Part shown: in pieces, positions 46,133-55,013 of the stretch
Position numbering within the stretch: position 1 is the stretch's first letter
Layout: each line of letters begins with the position of its first letter
DNA from: an uncultured Actinomycetota bacterium
GTDB taxonomy: Bacteria; Actinomycetota; Actinomycetes; Propionibacteriales; Nocardioidaceae
Length of the DNA: 64,000 nt
NCBI GenBank assembly: GCA_963728555.1
Contig: CAVSKP010000005.1
Coordinates: 21,413 to 85,412, forward strand
Direction of reading: 5' to 3'
Notes under the pieces: model-generated
The model's input: only the letters and a program-made list of their open reading frames with translations
Database searches by the model: none
What the model was told of the DNA's origin: nothing
Made by a program: the position numbers and the translations under genes

Positions 46133-47082
46133 CTAGGTGACCTCGTTCGGAGGGTTGGTTCGGGGAGCGCTGGTTGATCCGCCGCGGTCATCGGTCGGTG
46201 CGAAGGCCAGCAGGTCCGAGGTGGGCGGCACCCAGTAGTAGCTGCCGGTGAGCGGAGCGGTGAAGCGGGTGAGTGCGTCCCGCGGCCCGTCCACACCGGC
46301 CATGCTCTCCAACATCGTGTGGAGTGGCTTCTTGCTGCTGGCGAAGCCGACGAACATGGTCCCGTGGTCGCTGACCGTGCCGAAGGCCGTGTTCCGTCGC
46401 AGCACATGGCCGAAGTCGTCCTGGTCGGTCCGGGCCGCGTGGGAGGTATCAGGCTTCGGGGCGAGTTCGATGCTGTCGGTCTTGGTCCGGCCGATCACCT
46501 CCCCCTGGACGTCGTCGTCGAGGGCCCACCACGCCGCCGCATCATGGGCCCACTGCTGCAGGAGCAGCACCGAACCGCCGGCGCCGGGTGACCCCTCGGG
46601 CACCAGGGCGTAGGCGGGAGCGCTGGCGAGCGTCGGGTTCTCGGTGCCATCCTCGAAGCCGGTGAGGTCGCGGTCTCGGTGGTAGGTCGAGCCCCGCACC
46701 TCGCTGACCAAAGCAGCGAACGGCGCCAGCTTGCGTACCGCGTCGAGTGTCGCGTCGAAGACGACGTCGTACGAGGCCGCCGCGAACCAGAGCGCGAGGT
46801 CATGCTGGGTCGCGGGCATGGCGAAGCCGTCCGAACCGACCACGGCAGCGTCGAAGCCGGTCAGCCCGGTAGGCAGCGTCCCGGGCGACACGCGCGCCCA
46901 GAGCTCGGGGCGGACGCCCGCGACGAGGTTGGTGGCGCCCATGGTGGTCTCGCGCTCGGCCAGGTCGGCGAGCACTCTGACGGCGGCGACCGGATCGGCG
47001 TCGATGAGCAGATCCAGTTCGATGTACGCGTGCGAGGAGGTTCCAACAGCGAAGATGCCAGCCTGGGGGAGGACCTCGACAC
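46133..47082 (-). CDS. Dyp-type peroxidase, frameshifted in a homopolymer at 47065-47069
   Basis: RDLTGFEDGTENP, IGRTK, SHAART, LRRN; adding one C to the C5 run joins GTG 47082 (MSRSSP) to QAGIFAVGTSSHAYIELDL. Confidence 0.88.
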
Positions 47083-47154
47083 GTTCCTACCCGATCAGGC
47101 AGCCGCCTGTCCGGTCGAGAAGACCGGGGGTCTCAGATGTGGGAACCCGGGCGG

Positions 47155-47625
47155 TCAGTCGAAACACTCAGGATTGCTGACGGGGTCCGGGTTGACGGTG
47201 TTGCACACCGATTCGACTCGGCTGTCCAGTGAACTGCCGACAGCGAAGACGACGACCACCAAGGCAACGACGAGACCCGACCAGATCGTCCCGATCAGTC
47301 CAGTGACGAATCCTGCGGTTGCCATGCCGCGACCACCGAGTCGCCCGTGCGATTGGTCGATCTCGCGGGTGGCCCTTCGAGCCGTGATCATGGCGGGAAT
47401 ACCGGTGAACAGGCCGAAGAACAACAGAGAAAGGATGCCAAGCACCAGCGCGGTTGTTGCCCCGCCCGAGTTCGGCGGGATGGGGGTGACTCCGCTGGGG
47501 TATATGGCGGGCGGGTAGGCGGCTGGCGCCCTGTGCTCGGTCCATTCGGAGCCGTTCCAGTAGCGCTGCTGCGACGGGTCCTGCGGATCCGGGAACCAAC
47601 CCGCGCTCGGAGTGCTGGCGCTCAT
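47155..47625 (-). CDS. DUF2510 + DUF4190 membrane protein
   Basis: AGWFPDPQDPSQQRYWNGSEWT; ALVLGILSLL...GRGMATAGFVTG. Confidence 0.85.
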   Translation of the reverse strand: MSASTPSAGWFPDPQDPSQQRYWNGSEWTEHRAPAAYPPAIYPSGVTPIPPNSGGATTALVLGILSLLFFGLFTGIPAMITARRATREIDQSHGRLGGRGMATAGFVTGLIGTIWSGLVVALVVVVFAVGSSLDSRVESVCNTVNPDPVSNPECFD

Positions 47626-47844
47626 GCGTTGCCCTTCACTGCTGACTCCCCATGGGTGTGCTGGTCCGACATGCGATCACGTCCCTGCTCGAGTGCGCCG
47701 GTCATGGTGCGGGCGCCTGCGGCATTAGACCTCGACCGCCTCGGCGCTGTTCGAGGAACGGCAGAAAACCGGCCGAACGGTGATCGACACCGTTGCGTAG
47801 TACCTGGCTACCGATTCAGGTGAGGCCACAGCCCGGGTGAGCGT

Positions 47845-49068
47845 TCATCGGCGATGAGTGCGCGGATCCGGGTCAGCGCCCAGCGAGCGCATGGCTCGCT
47901 GTCCCATGTGGAGCAGGAAGTGGAGGCTAGCCGCCCAGTTGTCCATGGTGGTATCGATGTCGCAGCCGGCCGCCTCGGCACGCTCAGCCGGCCAGTCCTC
48001 AGAGACGGGGAAGTCGGGGCAGAGCAGGGCGACGTCGTCCACGACGAAGCACAGCATTTGGAGCGAGCCCGAAGCAGCGGCAGCGAAGCGCACGTCCGCC
48101 TCGTCCCCTCGCCATCCGAAGTCACGCAGCCCCGCCAGGTACGCGTCCGTCGCCGAGCGCTCGTGCTCGACTCCGTCGGCCGGGTCCACCGAGTCGACGC
48201 ACACGTCAAGTGCGACGTGGTGGCCGAGGTCGGCGCCGATCGGCGCCGTGCCGAAGAAGCCCCAGTCGATGACGACGGTGCGCTCACCTTTCGCAGTGCG
48301 CTCACGGAACAGGTTGCTCGCCTTGGCGTCGTGGTGTGCGACCGTGGCCGGCAGTGTGGCGAGGCGCACGCACATCTGCTCGCAAGAACTGACCACGTCG
48401 ACGAGGGCTTGGCGGCTCGACACCGGCACCCGGTCTCGGAGGAGCGGGTGGGCCCAGCAGTCGGCGTGTGCCAGGGCGTGGCCGCCGCTGAGTCCGAGGA
48501 AGGTCGAGGCCCAGCCGCTCAACCAGTCCCGAGCGGTCCACGAGAGCGCCAGGACTTCGTCCACCATCGAGGTCCCCTGGGCGGCGAAGCCGCCGAGGTC
48601 GTAGGCCATCTCGGCGAGCTCGCCGACGGACCTCGCCGGACGGTCGGTGCCCTCGTCGAGCTCCTCCAGCCACAGCCAGGCGGTCGTGTCGTCCACCTCC
48701 TCGGTGGCCCAACAGCCGACAGGACGCATGGGGTGCTCGAACCTGTCGAGCAGGCCGCAGCGACGTGCCAACACCTCGCGCTTCCAGTAGTTCCAGTCGG
48801 ACGGCTCGCGGATGTAGCCGTCGATGTCGAGCGGAGTCCCACTCAGGTCGGGCAGCATGACGACCTTGAGGATGGTGCTCCACTGCTTCTCGCGAGCTCC
48901 GCCGACGGTGGCCGTGCCCGCGACGCGATGGATGCCGGCAGTGCCCGGGTTGTACGCCGGGACGTCGAGCCATTCGCTGGTCCATGTCGTGGGCTGCGCG
49001 GCGGGATCCCCGAGGATCCGCCGGACGACCGGTGCTAGCCCCTCGGCCGTCAACAACGGAGGCTCCAT
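47845..49068 (-). CDS. Aminoglycoside-phosphotransferase / choline-kinase-fold protein
   Basis: TILKV, WKREV, HHDAKASNLF catalytic loop, IDWG. Confidence 0.75.
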   Translation of the reverse strand: MEPPLLTAEGLAPVVRRILGDPAAQPTTWTSEWLDVPAYNPGTAGIHRVAGTATVGGAREKQWSTILKVVMLPDLSGTPLDIDGYIREPSDWNYWKREVLARRCGLLDRFEHPMRPVGCWATEEVDDTTAWLWLEELDEGTDRPARSVGELAEMAYDLGGFAAQGTSMVDEVLALSWTARDWLSGWASTFLGLSGGHALAHADCWAHPLLRDRVPVSSRQALVDVVSSCEQMCVRLATLPATVAHHDAKASNLFRERTAKGERTVVIDWGFFGTAPIGADLGHHVALDVCVDSVDPADGVEHERSATDAYLAGLRDFGWRGDEADVRFAAAASGSLQMLCFVVDDVALLCPDFPVSEDWPAERAEAAGCDIDTTMDNWAASLHFLLHMGQRAMRSLGADPDPRTHRR

Positions 49069-49154
49069 GTGTCCCCCTCCATACGCGGACCGGGCCCGTT
49101 CCGGACTTTATCCGCAGGTCTGGATCCGTTGATGGGCCCCTGGCTACCGGGGAG

Positions 49155-49814
49155 TCACCCCGCCAGTAAGGCGTGCTCGGCGGGGGACAGGAACCCTCGG
49201 GCGACCGCGGCGGCTTGGAGGTGGGCGGCGCGGCGTCCCGGCTCGGGGTCGGCAGTGGCCAGGTTGGGACGGAACGCGATGCTGCGGATGTCGTCGACGC
49301 CGGCCCAGTGCAACCAGTCCTCGAAGTACGGCTGCTGGAAGTCGTTGCCGAATCCCGGGCCACGGTCGGGGCCGTAGACCGCGCCGGTGTAGATGACGGC
49401 GACCCGCTTGTTCTCCAGCAGGCCCGTGTAGCCCGCTGCGGGGTCGAAGCTGAAGATCATGCCGGGCTGGCTGATGACGTCGATGAGCTGCTTGAGGATG
49501 TAGGGCACCGACGCGTTCCACATCGGCACCGTGAAGAGGTAGTAGTCGGCGGAGTCGAACCGCTTGAAGGTCTCGTACGCGCGGCGCCATGCGGCGGCCT
49601 CGTCGCCCTCGGGGTCGGCGCCGGCGAAGACCGCCATCTTGGCGGCCGCCGCGGGCGGGCCGAACTCGGGCAACGTGCCGTCCCAGAGGTCCCAGTGCTC
49701 GACCGTGACCTCGGGGTGGATCGCGCGTAGTTCATCGAGGAACGTGGCCGCGATGGCGAGGGTCTCGGAACGTTCGCCGCGGGGCGAGGCGGAGATGTGC
49801 AACAGGGTGGTCAT
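49155..49814 (-). CDS. azoR: FMN-dependent NADH-azoreductase
   Basis: LHISASPRGERSET, TVPMWNASVPYILKQLID, FSFDPAAGYTGL. Confidence 0.9.
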   Translation of the reverse strand: MTTLLHISASPRGERSETLAIAATFLDELRAIHPEVTVEHWDLWDGTLPEFGPPAAAAKMAVFAGADPEGDEAAAWRRAYETFKRFDSADYYLFTVPMWNASVPYILKQLIDVISQPGMIFSFDPAAGYTGLLENKRVAVIYTGAVYGPDRGPGFGNDFQQPYFEDWLHWAGVDDIRSIAFRPNLATADPEPGRRAAHLQAAAVARGFLSPAEHALLAG

Positions 49815-49836
49815 CGTAGTTCCTTCTCGAGCGAGT

Positions 49837-49882
49837 TATGTGCTTACGCACATAGTTATAGCAAAGTGTGTGCGCACGCACA
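49837..49882. promoter_or_regulatory. Tandem MarR operators
   Basis: TATGTGC-TTAC-GCACATA (49837-49854) and TGTGC-GCAC-GCACA (49869-49882), centres 30 bp apart. Confidence 0.7.
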
Positions 49883-49902
49883 AGATCTGGTAGGCTTCGA
49901 GG

Positions 49903-50346
49903 GTGGCAACAGAGCTCACCGAGACGTGGGGCGCGCTGCTGAAGGTGCACGCCGCGCTGGTCCCGCGCCTGGACCGCGAGCTCCAGGACGCCCACGGTCT
50001 GCCCTTGACGTGGTACGACGTGCTGCTCGAGCTCGACGGGGCCCCCCATCGGCGGCTCACCATGGGACAGCTCGGCTCCGTCGCCTCGGTGAGCCGCACC
50101 CGCGTCAGCCGGGTCGTTGACGACCTGGTCCGGGCGGGCCTGGTGACTCGAGAGCCGAACCCGCACGACGGTCGATCGGCTTTCGCAGCACTGACCCCGG
50201 CAGGTCGGACGGCATTGCGCAAGTCGGCGCCGACCTACCTCGCCGCCGTCCACCGTGAGTTCGCCGACCACCTGACACCGCACGAGAGCGAGGTCCTGGC
50301 GGGAGCTCTTCGCAAGGTGCTGGCCGCGAGCGAGCCCAGGTCGTGA
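49903..50346 (+). CDS. MarR family regulator
   Basis: LTWYDVLLEL, LTMGQL, SRTRVSRVVDDL, DGRSAFAALT. Confidence 0.9.
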   Translation: MATELTETWGALLKVHAALVPRLDRELQDAHGLPLTWYDVLLELDGAPHRRLTMGQLGSVASVSRTRVSRVVDDLVRAGLVTREPNPHDGRSAFAALTPAGRTALRKSAPTYLAAVHREFADHLTPHESEVLAGALRKVLAASEPRS

Positions 50347-50357
50347 CCCGCGCCCCG

Positions 50358-50457
50358 GGCCGGCCTACGTCTCGCCGGCGAACGAGCCGATCGACTCGTG
50401 CTGACCCGATCGCTTGCCGAGCCAGCGGTACAGCAGGAAGCCCAGCGCGACGGCGAG
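50358..50457. repeat. Direct repeat, left copy (duplicate of the permease 3' end)
   Basis: 50365-50457 is identical to 51752-51844 over 93 bp; extends to 100 bp with one mismatch. Confidence 0.95.
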
Positions 50458-50505
50458 ATGCCGGCGAATGCGGGTGCACCTACTTCCGCAGAACTGGCAA
50501 TGCGG

Positions 50506-51210
50506 CTAGGCGCTCACCCTGGGCCGGCTGGCGGGGTGAGCCACGTCGGCGAACAGCGGGTGCAGCCCGAACCAGTCGGCGAAGGAGCGGGTGAGCGCCC
50601 GCTGACCCTCCAGCTGGACCGCGTGGCTCTTCACGGCCGACGCGAGCGGGACGTCCCCCATCCACACCGCAGTGAGCGTCTTCGCGTCGCTGGTGACCGT
50701 CACGTCGACTCCGAACCCGGGATCGGTCAGGCACAGGTCCTTCTCGGGAAGCACCAACCAGAAGTAGCGCAGCTTTTCGGGAGCTCCCGCGAAGCGGAAG
50801 TGGATGACAGTGCGACCCGGCGGCAAGGCGTCCGTCTTGACGGTCGTGCGAACCCACCACATGAGCAGGCCGGTGTCTGGTGACTCCTCGAAGATGGGGC
50901 GGCGCAGCCAGCGCTCGCTCCAGATGCCGATCTGGGCGAGGACCGGCCCGAGTTCTTGTCCCGCGGAAGTCAGGTGGTACTCGCTCCCTCGTGCGTACGT
51001 CAGCGCTCGCCGCTCGATGATTCCCGCACGTTCGAGCTCGCGGAGGCGTTTGCTCAACAGCGAAGAGGACATCAGCGGTACACCGCGCTGGATGTCGTTG
51101 AAACGACGGCTCCCGGTTAGCGCCAGTTCACGAAGGACCAGTGGGGTCCAGCGCTCGGTGATCACTTCGGAGGCTTGGGCGATGGGACAAAACTGGCCAT
51201 AACCGGGCAT
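50506..51210 (-). CDS. HxlR-family winged-helix regulator with C-terminal SCP2-like domain
   Basis: YGQFCPIAQASEVITERWTPLVLREL, RRFNDIQRGVPLMSSSLLSKRLRELE, DLCLTDPG. Confidence 0.88.
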   Translation of the reverse strand: MPGYGQFCPIAQASEVITERWTPLVLRELALTGSRRFNDIQRGVPLMSSSLLSKRLRELERAGIIERRALTYARGSEYHLTSAGQELGPVLAQIGIWSERWLRRPIFEESPDTGLLMWWVRTTVKTDALPPGRTVIHFRFAGAPEKLRYFWLVLPEKDLCLTDPGFGVDVTVTSDAKTLTAVWMGDVPLASAVKSHAVQLEGQRALTRSFADWFGLHPLFADVAHPASRPRVSA

Positions 51211-51242
51211 GTGCCCAATCTCCTCGTGCCGTTCACCACCGG

Positions 51243-51263
51243 CAACTGCAGATTCTGCAGTTG
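51243..51263. promoter_or_regulatory. HxlR-type operator
   Basis: Perfect CAACTGCAG-ATT-CTGCAGTTG inverted repeat between divergent genes. Confidence 0.7.
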
Positions 51264-51336
51264 ATCCGGGACGCGGTCAGCGGTGCCATCGAAACAGGCA
51301 ACGGCACCCGGTCGGGCCAGACGAAAGGAAGAGCTC

Positions 51337-51582
51337 ATGTACATCCTCACGATCCACACAATCTCGGACCCGCAAGCATTCTGGAGCGGACAGCTCAACC
51401 TGCCGAAGGGCACCGAGCTGCCCATCGTGGTTCCCAGCGAGGACGGCAAGCGCGGCGTCTGCCTCTTCAAGTCCGGCTCGGTCGAGACGGTGCGAAGTGT
51501 CGTCGACGGCGCGACCAAAGCAGTCAGCCGCAACGAGTTCTACGCAATCAACGAAAGCGGCGCGCTCGGGCTGCCTGCCTAG
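51337..51582 (+). CDS. Small hypothetical protein (81 aa, possibly ferredoxin-like alpha/beta)
   Basis: GAAAGGA RBS; MYILTIHTISDPQAFW...GVCLFKSGSVETVRSVVD. Confidence 0.7.
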   Translation: MYILTIHTISDPQAFWSGQLNLPKGTELPIVVPSEDGKRGVCLFKSGSVETVRSVVDGATKAVSRNEFYAINESGALGLPA

Positions 51583-51744
51583 GGAGTCGGCCACAGCTCG
51601 TTGGATTTCCGCCGACCTCACCGCGCGCACGCCACCGCTTCAGACCGCGTGCACGCCGACGATCACGAGCCTGGGGCCGGGCGTCACCTTCCTCCGCCCG
51701 GTCTCGGCTTCTACCACCTGACCAGCAGACCGACACCGCTTCCT

Positions 51745-51844
51745 GGCCGGGCTACGTCTCGCCGGCGAACGAGCCGATCGACTCGTGCTGACCCGATCGC
51801 TTGCCGAGCCAGCGGTACAGCAGGAAGCCCAGCGCGACGGCGAG
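51745..51844. repeat. Direct repeat, right copy (functional 3' end of the permease gene)
   Basis: Matches 50358-50457. Confidence 0.95.
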
Positions 51845-52627
51845 CATGGCGGCCACCAGCATCAGCGTGGCGAGCGCGTTGAGTGCCGGGGTGGGTGCCG
51901 CGCGGGCGGTGTTGTAGATCTTCACCGAGGTCGGCTCGGTGGACGCGTCGCCGGAGAGGTAGCGGACGATGACGAAGTCGTCGATGACGTCGGCGAACAC
52001 GAGTACGGCGCTCGCGACGATGGCGGGCACCAGCATCGGCAGGATCACGCGGCGTTGGGCCGCGAGCGGTGAGGCGCCGAGGTCCATCGCTGCCTCCTCG
52101 AGCTGCGACCCGATCGTGGCGAGCCGGGCTCGGACGAGGATCGCGGGATAGGACAGCTGGAAGGTGACCAGGCCGACCACCTGCGACGTCGTGCCGAGCG
52201 TGAACGGCAGGGCCAGGTTGGTGACCACGAGGAGCAACGCCACCGCGAGCAGCGTCTCGGGCAGCACGAACGAGAGCAGCAGCATCGAGTTGGCGGTGTT
52301 GGAGAGCTTGCCGCGCCAGCGGTGCAGACCGATCGCGAGCGCGACGCCGAGAGGGACGCAGACCAGGGTGGTGAGCACCCCGAGTCGAAGGGTCTGGATC
52401 AGGGCCGTCTGCAGCGTGTCGTCGTGCCAGACCGAGCGTTCCGGGTCGCCGTAGTACCACCGCAGCGAGAAGCCTTGCCAGCTGGTCCGCGACCGACCGT
52501 CGTTGAAGGAGAACGCGGCGGCGATCAGGACTGGGAGGAGCGACCAGAGCAGGTAGCCGATGGTGACGGCGGCGAGCAGGCGCGGCTTGCGCCACGGGTC
52601 ACGCCACCACGCGGTGATCGAGCTCAT
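51752..52627 (-). CDS. potC: Polyamine-type ABC permease (PotC-like)
   Basis: FSFND, FSLRWY, LEEAAMDLGASP EAA loop, SVKIY. Confidence 0.85.
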   Translation of the reverse strand: MSSITAWWRDPWRKPRLLAAVTIGYLLWSLLPVLIAAAFSFNDGRSRTSWQGFSLRWYYGDPERSVWHDDTLQTALIQTLRLGVLTTLVCVPLGVALAIGLHRWRGKLSNTANSMLLLSFVLPETLLAVALLLVVTNLALPFTLGTTSQVVGLVTFQLSYPAILVRARLATIGSQLEEAAMDLGASPLAAQRRVILPMLVPAIVASAVLVFADVIDDFVIVRYLSGDASTEPTSVKIYNTARAAPTPALNALATLMLVAAMLAVALGFLLYRWLGKRSGQHESIGSFAGET

Positions 52628-53577
52628 GTGACGGCTCCATCCGAGCGGGACACGGTGCGGACGTAGTAGAGCATCGGCAGCAGCGAGACGATGAGCACCA
52701 GCAGCACGAACGCTCCGGCCTGGCCGGTCTGCCCGGGGGTGAGCACGGTGTTGTTGATGAGGTTGCCGACCATCGAGGTGCTCGGAGAACCCGACAACAG
52801 GTCGCTGGTGAAGTAGTCACCCAGCATCGGGAGGCAGGTGAGCAGCACGCTGGCGACCACGACCGGGCGCGACATCGGCCAGGTCACCCGACGGAACGCC
52901 GAGAACCGGTTGGCGCCGAGGTCACGCGCGCCCTCGATGAGGTCGGAGGGCAGCCGGTCGAGGCCGGCGTACAAGGGGATGATCATGTACGGCACGTACC
53001 CGTAGACCAGCCCGAGGATCACCACCACCGACTTGCCCGACAGCCACTCGGTGTCGCCGGGGAAGACCCCACCGAGCGAGATGACCCTGTTGACGATGCC
53101 GTCGTTGGCCAGCAGGTTCACCCACGCCAGCATGCGCATCATGTAGCTGATCCAGAACGGCGCGATCAGCAGCGTGAGCAGCAGGCCCTTCCAGCGGCCC
53201 GAGAGCCGCGCGACGTAGTAGGCGATCGGGAACGCGATCAGCAGGCACAGCACGCTGGCGGTGAACACGTAGACCGCCGTCCGCACGAGGGCCGGGCCGA
53301 AGATGCCGTCGGCACCGACGATGTGGGTGAGCACGTAGATCGGCTGGTCCGACGACCACAGGACCGGGTTCCAGACAGGGATGACCGTGCGGAAGACCGG
53401 GTCGACGCCGCCGAAGACGACCGCCAGTACGACGTACAGCGGCGCGATGAAGAACAGCAGCAGCCAGGCTATGCCCGGCATCGCGAGCAGCGGCCCGAGC
53501 AGCCTGCCTCGCGGACGTGCGCGCGAGGCGGGTGGTGGCGGTCGCTCCTCGACGTCCGGGAGCGGTGCAGCCGTCAC
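52624..53577 (-). CDS. potB: Polyamine-type ABC permease (PotB-like)
   Basis: APFWISYMMRMLAW, YGYVPYMIIPLY, LIEGARDLGA. Confidence 0.85.
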   Translation of the reverse strand: MTAAPLPDVEERPPPPASRARPRGRLLGPLLAMPGIAWLLLFFIAPLYVVLAVVFGGVDPVFRTVIPVWNPVLWSSDQPIYVLTHIVGADGIFGPALVRTAVYVFTASVLCLLIAFPIAYYVARLSGRWKGLLLTLLIAPFWISYMMRMLAWVNLLANDGIVNRVISLGGVFPGDTEWLSGKSVVVILGLVYGYVPYMIIPLYAGLDRLPSDLIEGARDLGANRFSAFRRVTWPMSRPVVVASVLLTCLPMLGDYFTSDLLSGSPSTSMVGNLINNTVLTPGQTGQAGAFVLLVLIVSLLPMLYYVRTVSRSDGAVT

Positions 53578-54851
53578 GCGCCCGCCTTGAACTGCTGCCA
53601 GACCTGGTGCCACGCGGCGTCGTTCTCGACAGTCAGCTCGAGCAGGCGGTAGGCGACGTCGAACCATTCCTCGCGCACGGCGGCGGTGGCGAGGTTCTCG
53701 GGAAGGTACCCGTCGGCGACCAGCTTCTCGGTGTCGAGCACGTTCTGCGGGGGCTGGTAACCGATGTAGCCGAAGTTCTTCAGCGAGTTCTTCTCGTCGA
53801 GCATGTGGTCGAGGAACAGGTGCGCGAGCACCGGGCTGTTGCCACCGCTGAGCACCATCATCAGGTCGTTGTCGACCAGGCCCTTGCCGTCCTCCGGGAA
53901 CCAGTAGCCCAGGACGTCGACCGACGTGCCCTTCGGCAGGTAGTACTGGGCGTTCACGATGTCGCCGGACCACATCTGGCTGACACCGAGCTGGCCGGCC
54001 GGGATGTCGTTGTACATCGACACGGTCACCTTCGGCTTGACGGCCTGGCTCAGCTCGGTCAGCGCCTGCTGGATCGTGTCGAGGTCCGCGGGCTTGTCGC
54101 TGTTCACGTCGCTGATGCCGGCGCGCAGGCCGACCATGGCCATGGCGGTGTGCCAGTCGTCGATGATGCCGACCATGCCCCGGTAGTCGGGGTTCCAGAG
54201 GGCGTCGTACGGGTTGGGCATCCCGGCGATGTCCTCGGTCACCTTGTCGGTGCGCCAGCCGACCCCGGTCGTGTACACGCTGTAGGGCACCGAGTAGTGC
54301 GCCTCACCGTCGTACCAGGGGCTCTGGAACGTCGACCACACGTTGCCCAGGTTGCCGATGTAGGAGTGGTTCAGCGGACGCACGAGCTTCGCCGTCACCA
54401 GGCGGCCGATCTGGTCGTAGCTCGGGAAGTAGATGTCGTAGGGCACGGCGCCGGTGCGGATCTTGGTGATCGCCTCGTCGGTGTCGTTGAAGGTGGACAC
54501 CTTCACGTCGACGCCGTACTTCGCCTCGAACGACTTCACCACGGCCGGCCCGATGTAGTCGGCGTAGTTGTAGAGCAGCAGGGGGCCCTTCTCGGGCGGC
54601 ATCCCGTCCGCGATCGGCTGGTTGTCGTCGGAGATCGGCCAGGTCACGGGGTTGTCCGGCGAGGCGATCTGCAACGGCTTGCCGTCACCGGTGCCGCCGC
54701 CGGAGCCGGTGGGCGAGTCGGCGCAGGCCTGGAGAAGGGCACTCAGGGCGGGGACCGAGATGCCCAGCAGGGCGGCGTTGCGCAGCAGCGCACGCCTGTC
54801 GAACCGCACCCCCTCCGACATCCTCTCCGGGGGCCCGCCGGGTCTCTCCAT
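53574..54851 (-). CDS. potD: Polyamine-type substrate-binding protein (PotD/PotF-like), Tat lipoprotein
   Basis: FDRRALLR twin-Arg plus LLQAC; YNYADYI, YSVPY, WSGD, FPEDG..VDND. Confidence 0.85.
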   Translation of the reverse strand: MERPGGPPERMSEGVRFDRRALLRNAALLGISVPALSALLQACADSPTGSGGGTGDGKPLQIASPDNPVTWPISDDNQPIADGMPPEKGPLLLYNYADYIGPAVVKSFEAKYGVDVKVSTFNDTDEAITKIRTGAVPYDIYFPSYDQIGRLVTAKLVRPLNHSYIGNLGNVWSTFQSPWYDGEAHYSVPYSVYTTGVGWRTDKVTEDIAGMPNPYDALWNPDYRGMVGIIDDWHTAMAMVGLRAGISDVNSDKPADLDTIQQALTELSQAVKPKVTVSMYNDIPAGQLGVSQMWSGDIVNAQYYLPKGTSVDVLGYWFPEDGKGLVDNDLMMVLSGGNSPVLAHLFLDHMLDEKNSLKNFGYIGYQPPQNVLDTEKLVADGYLPENLATAAVREEWFDVAYRLLELTVENDAAWHQVWQQFKAGA

Positions 54852-54893
54852 GCCACCTCCGCAGCTCCATCCGAATTCTGACACGCTCACACA

Positions 54894-54913
54894 GACTGAA
54901 CATTCAGTCAATC
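54894..54913. promoter_or_regulatory. TetR operator 2
   Basis: GACTGAACATTCAGTCAATC. Confidence 0.75.
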
Positions 54914-54981
54914 GCGGTGAGATCCTGGACCTCGGCCGGAGATCCGGCCGGCACCCTTGTGGCCCTCCCCGAGCGTCCCTA

Positions 54982-55001
54982 AACTGAACGCTCAGTCAAA
55001 C
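54982..55001. promoter_or_regulatory. TetR operator 3
   Basis: AACTGAACGCTCAGTCAAAC, just upstream of the GAGGAG RBS of the aminotransferase. Confidence 0.72.
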
Positions 55002-55013
55002 GAGGAGAGCCCC

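Noticed and set aside
46133-47082. Dyp peroxidase as encapsulin cargo
   Set aside because: No encapsulin gene adjacent and no GSLxIGSL-like C-terminal targeting peptide
51583-51744. Coding remnant between the small gene and the repeat
   Set aside because: No frame gives a recognisable domain or start/RBS
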